Of a DNA stretch of 32,174 bases, positions 8,465 through 15,800 are shown one piece after another. The position numbers and the translations under genes are program-made. The notes below the pieces were generated by a model. It was not told where the DNA came from. It ran no database searches and saw only the letters and a list, made by a program, of their open reading frames with translations. The stretch is taken from contig JBKBMW010000002.1 in NCBI GenBank assembly GCA_046295675.1, positions 1 through 32,174 on the forward strand. The letters are read 5' to 3'. Positions within the stretch are counted from its first letter, which is position 1; each line of letters starts with the position of its first letter. This stretch comes from Candidatus Anstonellaceae archaeon. GTDB lineage: Archaea; Micrarchaeota; Micrarchaeia; Anstonellales; Anstonellaceae.

Positions 8465-11400
8465 ATGAATAAATGGTTTTTATTATTTGCATTCTTTTGG
8501 ATCGGACTGCTATTCTCTCAGTTTCCTCCACCACCTCCAAATGTACTTTTTGAAGTTTATGATAGCCCAGTGATTGACCCTTCTAATCCTCCTCAAAGAA
8601 CTACTGAAATCACAAAATTAAAACCATTTTTTCCATATTTAATCTTAGACTGTCCTCTTTATAATGAGGGTGAGAGTGATTGTATTTTTACTATCAATTT
8701 AGTCAATTTTACTTGCCACTATCCAGATCCTGATGGTATTCCTATTGATACTGTTCATACCCTGACTTTTGCTAATCCAATTGTAGTTGCAAACGGAGAG
8801 AGAGTTTTTTTTTCTTTTGACCCTTCTAATCCCTCTAATCCCCTTTATTCTTTTTGGATAACGCATCCCTCCCCTATTCCTCCTAACACCAAGTCTGCAG
8901 CTGTTTGTTCTAGCAAAAAATATGCAAATTTTTCTTATATAATAGAGGCAAGAAGAGCTGGATTGCCAAGCTCTATTTTTGAAAAATCCAATTTAGTTAA
9001 TATATTTCATCACCCTCCAGAAATAAGCTTTCCCTTTACATCCACCCCTCTTTGTAATTTAAAATTTTCTGTAAGTGATTTGGATGAGAGTTATGGTAAT
9101 AGCGTTTATATAAAAATTACATTATCAAATTCCACAAATAGTTGCAACTTTATATACAATCCAGGAAGTGGTATAGGTTACTTCCCACCCAAAGAGAAAG
9201 ATAATTGCGATCCTTTTGAGTTTTCTGCCCGTGAAATGGTTTTGAATCCTTCTCCTCCACCTATAAATACAACCTTTATTTTACATCTAAAGGCAACTTA
9301 CTCTCCTTATAATATTACTGTATTCCCTCACAATAGCTATAGTTATACTCTAAATAATTATAAAAAATATTTTATGGTTAATGGCCCTCCATATGAACTA
9401 ATCAATTTTTTTTGCAATAGGGTAAGCAAAAACTATGACCTTTTTGGTTCAGCACATGTTTTTTCAAATAAAATAGAAATTGAAGCAAATGCAACTACTT
9501 CTAGGATAAACTTTAATAATCACTTTTTTAAAAATCTAACAATAGAAGTCTTGAATGACCAAGGTAGCACTATAAATAGTTATAATTTTTCCTGGGTATG
9601 TGATAGTGGTGTATGTAGCTCTGCTCAATTTGATTATTCAACAAATGCTAGGAATTTAATAATAGACCAAAAGACATTTACTCCAATCCAAAATTCTTTT
9701 AATAGCACTCTTACTTTAGACACCTCTCGACTCTGTCCACAAGGGGATAAAAATAAGCTTAAAATAAAATTATTTGGTTATGGGTTTGATTGGGAGAATA
9801 AAGAATTGTTATTATATAACGGAAAGTGTGCTGGAACCCCGCATTTGGACGCAGTTATTTATTCATCACCCTCACAAAAAGGTGATATAATAGTACTATC
9901 TGATTTTACTCAAAGAGAAGATAATTTCAAATATATTATTGTTGAGCTAAAACAGCTAACAAATATTCAAAAACCACCAACTTTAGAAATAAAATACAAA
10001 ACCCATAATGATGCAATTGTTCGTTCAAAGGTTTCATCGATATCTTCTGCTAAATCTATTAAAATTTCTTATGATATAAATTGGATAAATGTCAGTATAA
10101 TCTCACCAAATGTACCTGTAATATATAAAGAATTTACTTTTCCTCTACCTCCCCCAATTGAAGTATTAGAGAGATGGAAAATAGATGACCAATTAATAAA
10201 TGAGGAACAAAAAGATGATATACTTAAAAATAAGCGTATTTATGTAGGAGAGAAAGATAAAGCTTTGGTAAATTTAGTGTTTAAAGTACCATATAATATA
10301 GACGGATATAATTTTGATCAATATTTATCTCCATATTTAGAAGGTGATTGTAGTTCTAGCTCAGTTAAATCAGGAAACGAGTATTTTGTCAATATTGATC
10401 TAAAAAAAGGTGCCTGCATATATAAAATAAGGGGAAAGTCACAAACACAACAAAATCAAAACCCATCTTTAAGTAAATTTTTAACTTATATAATATATTC
10501 TAAGAACTTTTTTGTCCCAAATAAGCCACAATCCTTTTGTGATTCCACACAACTTTTAAGCAGTACTTACTATAAGTTCTTTGCTGTTGCTCTTGCCTCT
10601 TTGATCCTAATAATTGGAATTGGATACATGGTTGGTTCTTTTCTCTCCCATCCTGCTTTGCTTGAATGGTCAAAAAGAGAAATTTTAGAGGTAATTTTGT
10701 TAGGAATTTTCATTTCTTTAGTTCCACAATTTTTATTATTTTCTTGTTCTGAAAAAATATCTATAGGTTCATTTCTTAACCTATTTCCATTAAAAAATAC
10801 AGTAGTTGAAAAAGGAGCCTCCTTATTAGAATTTGTTCAAAAAATTATGTTAGATTTAATAGAAAGGTCACACACTGTCATAACTATTTTAAGAAGAGAT
10901 ATATCCTATTTTCAAATACTTGCCTCTTATTATCATTTTAATTCGAGTTTCGTATCTGACATTGTTAGTTTTCTTGGTGTTGGTTTTAGCACAGGTTTTA
11001 ATGAAAATCCTTATTCAGGTTTATATCTACAAATATCTGTATTTAACTTTTTATTGCAACTAAATAACGCCTATTTATTTAGTGCCTTAACACATTACTT
11101 TATTCTTTTCTTTTTATCTTCTTCTACAGGAATGATTGTTCTTTTGTTTCCATTTGGATTTTTGTTTAGGTGTTTACCTTTTATAAAAAATGTTGGTTCT
11201 GTTCTTATTGCAATAGGTCTTGGATTTTATATCTTATTTCCAGCAGCTTATGTAATATATGGATTAATACTTTCTAACGATCATTTCAAGTATTCAACTT
11301 TCTGTGCTATTTTTCCACAAGATTCTCATTGCCAAGATTGTAATATTTATCAACTCTCTTTTTCGGAAAATCCAAAGTGCAATCTTATTTATACTAATGG

Positions 11401-11722
11401 TTGGGAAGATTTCAAAGACAAGAAATTGAATTATCAAAAAGATTTAGAAGAAGTTGGTAGTTTTTCAAAAAATACTTTTCCAGATCAAGACTCAATAACA
11501 AAAATTCAAAAAAATAAAGCATCATTGCAACCAGTATATCCATTATCACAAGATAGTTTTGATCCAGATTTAACAAAATACTTTAGTTTAACTGCTCTTA
11601 ATTTTATTTTAGTCCTGTTTATCCCATCTGTGATATTACTAATTACACTTTCATTTGTTAGAGATATTGCCTCGATTTTGGGAGGTGACATTGATGTCTC
11701 AAGGCTTATGTATCTGGCTTAA
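8465..11722 (+). CDS. Paralog P5 (1085 aa). A signal peptide and a ~690-aa Pro-rich, beta-strand-like ectodomain are fused in front of the family core.
   Basis: ATG lies 1 nt after the P4 stop. N-terminus MNKWFLLFAFFWIGLLFSQFPPPPP. The core starts near nt 10570. Blocks: YMVGSFLSHPALLEWSKREILEV and FPFGFLFRCLPFIKNVGSVLIAIGLGFYILFPA. Tail IASILGGDIDVSRLMYLA. Confidence 0.85.
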   Translation: MNKWFLLFAFFWIGLLFSQFPPPPPNVLFEVYDSPVIDPSNPPQRTTEITKLKPFFPYLILDCPLYNEGESDCIFTINLVNFTCHYPDPDGIPIDTVHTLTFANPIVVANGERVFFSFDPSNPSNPLYSFWITHPSPIPPNTKSAAVCSSKKYANFSYIIEARRAGLPSSIFEKSNLVNIFHHPPEISFPFTSTPLCNLKFSVSDLDESYGNSVYIKITLSNSTNSCNFIYNPGSGIGYFPPKEKDNCDPFEFSAREMVLNPSPPPINTTFILHLKATYSPYNITVFPHNSYSYTLNNYKKYFMVNGPPYELINFFCNRVSKNYDLFGSAHVFSNKIEIEANATTSRINFNNHFFKNLTIEVLNDQGSTINSYNFSWVCDSGVCSSAQFDYSTNARNLIIDQKTFTPIQNSFNSTLTLDTSRLCPQGDKNKLKIKLFGYGFDWENKELLLYNGKCAGTPHLDAVIYSSPSQKGDIIVLSDFTQREDNFKYIIVELKQLTNIQKPPTLEIKYKTHNDAIVRSKVSSISSAKSIKISYDINWINVSIISPNVPVIYKEFTFPLPPPIEVLERWKIDDQLINEEQKDDILKNKRIYVGEKDKALVNLVFKVPYNIDGYNFDQYLSPYLEGDCSSSSVKSGNEYFVNIDLKKGACIYKIRGKSQTQQNQNPSLSKFLTYIIYSKNFFVPNKPQSFCDSTQLLSSTYYKFFAVALASLILIIGIGYMVGSFLSHPALLEWSKREILEVILLGIFISLVPQFLLFSCSEKISIGSFLNLFPLKNTVVEKGASLLEFVQKIMLDLIERSHTVITILRRDISYFQILASYYHFNSSFVSDIVSFLGVGFSTGFNENPYSGLYLQISVFNFLLQLNNAYLFSALTHYFILFFLSSSTGMIVLLFPFGFLFRCLPFIKNVGSVLIAIGLGFYILFPAAYVIYGLILSNDHFKYSTFCAIFPQDSHCQDCNIYQLSFSENPKCNLIYTNGWEDFKDKKLNYQKDLEEVGSFSKNTFPDQDSITKIQKNKASLQPVYPLSQDSFDPDLTKYFSLTALNFILVLFIPSVILLITLSFVRDIASILGGDIDVSRLMYLA
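11681..11688 (+). promoter_or_regulatory. Shine-Dalgarno GGAGGTGA for P6, embedded in the P5 coding sequence.
   Basis: Complementary to the conserved archaeal 16S 3' end. 5-nt spacing to ATG 11694. The same bases encode the Gly-Gly-Asp of the P5 tail. Confidence 0.6.
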
Positions 11723-12824
11723 AAAATCTTATTTGTTTTTATTTTTTGCATTGTTATTTTCTATGGTCTTTTCCCAAGATTGGGGAAGTGCAAAAAGTGC
11801 AAATATTCAACCTACAGATTTTAAGTTATTTAATATTCCTTGGAAATCTACCTCAAATCAAGAAATTTCTTGGTTGAGCATTGCTTCAATAGTTATCTTA
11901 ATTTGTTTTTTAGCAAATACGATCTTATTTATGCTTGGAAAAGCATTTGAGTTAGATAATATAAAAAAATTTGCTATTTCAGAATTTTTTCAAACCACTG
12001 CTACAGCACTTATGATTGTTTTTTTTCTCTCTGGTATCACAGCTGCTTTTGATTTAATTCAAAAATATTTTCTCCCTTCTGGTTCATCTGTTTCTTGCAA
12101 TGGAAACATCATCGGTATTTGGGATAATAATTCTGGACCATTTACAATTATCAAATGTAAAATTTCAGAATATCTTTCTACTGCTTACTCCCTATTTAAT
12201 GCTACTTATATTGCTAATATTGATAAAGAAGTTGAAGGTTCGCAGTGTTATGGAACTTCTGGATTTACTGAATGCAAAATCTGGAATTCAGATCTTTATA
12301 GAGAAGTTGAAACTTATCACTATATTGCAAACAGGTTGACAAATGTTTCTATCTCTTTAGTTGCCCAGTATTTCTTTATAGATTATTTGCAAAATAATCT
12401 TTTATCTTTCTTTTTACCTGTTGGCCTGTTGCTTAGACTTTTTCCTCCTTTAAGAGGAATTGGAAGTTTGTTTATTGCTATAGTTATTGGTTTTTATTTT
12501 ATTTTTCCATTAACCTATCTTTTTATAGAACCTTCTATTAAAATAGAAGAACAAAAAGTCCAGAAGCCAAACTTAGCAAAAAATGTTTGTTTTTCAAAAT
12601 TTAGCCCTTTTGTTTCCACTTCACTTTTGCAACCAGAACCTCCATCTACTACTGGTTTACAATTCTCTTCAGATATAGGGCAGTTCATTGTAGAAATTAC
12701 ATTAGGCACATTTTTTTATCCATTCCTTTCTCTTGTAATAACTGTCATCTTTATAAATTTCTTAGCAGGATTTTTATCAGCAGACAGTGGTATGTTGATT
12801 CATTTCATAGCAAAGAATCTATGA
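11694..12824 (+). CDS. Paralog P6 of the membrane family (about 376 aa from ATG 11694).
   Basis: The track ORF starts at TTG 11655. ATG 11694 is preceded by the strong SD GGAGGTGA (11681-11688) and gives the signal-like MSQGLCIWLKKSYLFLFFALLFSMVFSQ. It overlaps the P5 3' end by 29 nt. Blocks: FMLGKAFELDNIKKFAISEFFQT and LPVGLLLRLFPPLRGIGSLFIAIVIGFYFIFPL. Tail LAGFLSADSGMLIHFIAKNL. Confidence 0.8.
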   Translation: MSQGLCIWLKKSYLFLFFALLFSMVFSQDWGSAKSANIQPTDFKLFNIPWKSTSNQEISWLSIASIVILICFLANTILFMLGKAFELDNIKKFAISEFFQTTATALMIVFFLSGITAAFDLIQKYFLPSGSSVSCNGNIIGIWDNNSGPFTIIKCKISEYLSTAYSLFNATYIANIDKEVEGSQCYGTSGFTECKIWNSDLYREVETYHYIANRLTNVSISLVAQYFFIDYLQNNLLSFFLPVGLLLRLFPPLRGIGSLFIAIVIGFYFIFPLTYLFIEPSIKIEEQKVQKPNLAKNVCFSKFSPFVSTSLLQPEPPSTTGLQFSSDIGQFIVEITLGTFFYPFLSLVITVIFINFLAGFLSADSGMLIHFIAKNL

Positions 12825-12834
12825 GTTGGGGGAT

Positions 12835-15800
12835 ATGAGAGTTTTATTTATAATTCTATTATCATTTGCTTTATTTTTTTTGGTTGGTTGTACTCTCAAT
12901 CCAAATAAAAATATTGTTAGTGGAGGTTGTTGCTATCAATCAGATACATTTTATACTTGCGAAAAATCATCAAATCCAGTAGCAAACACTCAAGATCTTT
13001 ATTCTTTAACAAATTGCGGAGTTTATAAATCAAAGGAATGTAGTTTTTTTAATTCTACTTCAGGGGAAATTTTAGATGCAAATAAAGATGTAATAAAAGA
13101 TGATGATGGTAATCCAATCCAACCAAATATGTGCTCTAAAAACTGCAATTTTGATAAAGCAAATTGTACAAATCAAGATGAGAAAAACACTTGTTACTCT
13201 CTAACTAATCCAAAAACAACTTACCCTATTTGTGTAAATAATTCTATAGTTTTATGTATTCAAAATCAATGTAAGGTATGGATGTGTGGTGAAAAAAAAC
13301 CAACAGTAAAAAGAGAGTACTCTTTTTCAACATCAGACCAAGAAACTTTAAAAAATAATTATAAATCTCAAAGTGGAAAAAAAACAATCTTTGATGTTCA
13401 ACGCGGTTTAGTTGGAAAAATATGTGAATTTAGATTTATGAATGCTTCCTCCTACAGGTTGCTTAGTGAACAAAAGTGGCTTGTCAATAGTATACGCCTT
13501 GGCATCCTTGGTTCATTTTCAGATTATGAAATTGCAAAATACTATTTTCCACCTTCAGATGCTTTTTGTAGCTCTGCATTTAACAAAAACGCAGTAGTAG
13601 AGAGCTTTATAAGGTATCTTATTTATTCTCCATCTACTTCTTCTTTTTCTCCTATTACAAAAGATTCATTTTGTTTTGATGATGGTACAAACTATATATG
13701 CAAAAATGATCCATCTATTGCCTTTCCAAAATCTGCTGAATTCTCTCATTTACTTTGCACTTCTTTTTGTTCAAGGTTGTTTAGCTGCCCATTAAGGAAT
13801 TTAAATTTTGCTACTGTTGATGTTTCCCCGCCCTCTACCTCTCAAACAAATCCAATAATTCATTACTTTTTAAATATATCCTCTTACTATTCCAATCTCC
13901 TTAAACTTTATCCAGATACCCAAAATTATTATAGAAAAGAAGGAGAAAAAGGAATAGGTCCAGAAGGTGCAAAAGCTTTTGAATGCATTTCTGATTCTGA
14001 TTGTTTTTCTAATACTTGCAGAAAGGATGTGTACTTTCGAGGCAGATGTTTTGATAACTCAAATAATGCTGTTGATTGTAATTGCACTTTAGTAAGTTCT
14101 TGTTCAGAAGCTTTTAAATGTGATAAATTCCCTCAAGATTCAATAGATGAGGCAGAGTGTAAAGCAGGCAAATTTTTATGTGAGCAAAATTCAATTAACG
14201 ATGAATTAATAGTTATGTGTAAATACTCTCCAACCACTTATGACCTTTATGCTTATGCTGATTTGGATAAATTATACCTCTATAAATTAGGTCAAAGTAA
14301 TGCTGTTTCTGTAATAGGACCAAATAGTTGGGATGGGACTTGGGGGGTTTATGATTTTTCAGAGTTTAATAAATATAAACATATGGAAGATGGCAATAAA
14401 CAACAGCTGGAATTTTCCAATATTGTAAGAAAAGTCGTGGAATTTGGTTGCCTAAACACTGACAAAAAAATAATAGAACAACCAAAATGTAATCCAGGTT
14501 ACTCCTTTAGCCCAATTAAAAAAACCTGTTTAGACTCAAATGGAAAGACCTCTTCTCCTTTTTGCACCAGTCCTTCACAAGGGCCACAAGAATGGGTGGT
14601 TTGGAAGGATAATGCTGAACACCTTTGGTATAAAATTAATGAGAAGACTTCTCAAGATAAAAAAAATGATGTTATCCGCTGGCAATGGGGCTATACATTT
14701 TTTGTAGTTCCAACCAATTTTGTAGTTTCTTCCACTCTGTCTTCTGCATCAAACAAGCAACTTTATATTATAACCTCCAGAAGTGTTTCCTTCAATGATT
14801 TGAAAAGAAAATTTTCATTTATTGACAAATGTGATTTAACTCATACTAACAAAATAGATGAGTTTGGAGGAGATTATGATATACTTGAAATCTCTATCAA
14901 AGATATTCCTTTACAAAAGCATTATTTAATAGAGCAATATATTACTCCTTTAACTTCTCACCCATATCTATTAGCAGGTGGAAACAAATTAGATTTTGGA
15001 GAGCAAGAAAAAAAAGCCCAATACTTATTTGATAAAACATGGATAATAAAAAGTTTTGGAAAATGCCAAAAAGATAATGATGATTTGCTTAAAACAAAAT
15101 CTTATGGTTTATGTAATAGCTGTGGAACCTTCCTCACTCTTGCTTATCAAAATGTAAGCAAAACCCAAACATCCTATTGTCCAAAAGATTGCGGTTTATC
15201 TGGGTCTCTTCTCTGTTTCTGTCCCTCCTCCCTTTATAATTTTTTTAACACAAAAACAATTGCTGGAGGGATGGCTGGAATCTCAGGTAATGTTTTTCTT
15301 CCAAATATCACCAATGCCTCTCCATCTACTATCCCTGAATTTTCTTATTTAATAAATAAAATCCATGCTTATCTAGAAAATAATGTGATTCCTGTTCTAG
15401 ATTTAAAAGAATATGCAAAAGATGGAATCTCTGTAGGAGGGAAAGAACAGGTTAGTTTTGATTATTCTAATCAGTTTTTAATGGCACCTCATTGTGAACA
15501 AAAAAAATACGATTGTACTTGTACCAGATACTCTGATTCAGATGGTTCTTGTATAGAGGGAAATTGTAGTTGCGATATTGCTCTTCCTCCAGATGCTTTG
15601 TTTTTATTTTTAAACAAAGATCACAGCCCAGTACTCTCTATTTTGGATACTCTTTCTTCCTCTACTGCCCAATCTAAAATAAATAATGCCAAATCGCTTT
15701 GTCCAAATTGCCAAGTAGGTCTGGAATATGAAAATATTCTTAATATCGATTCTGCAACTAATATAACAGAGTTTTATCAGTCTTCAGGACTAAATTCTAC

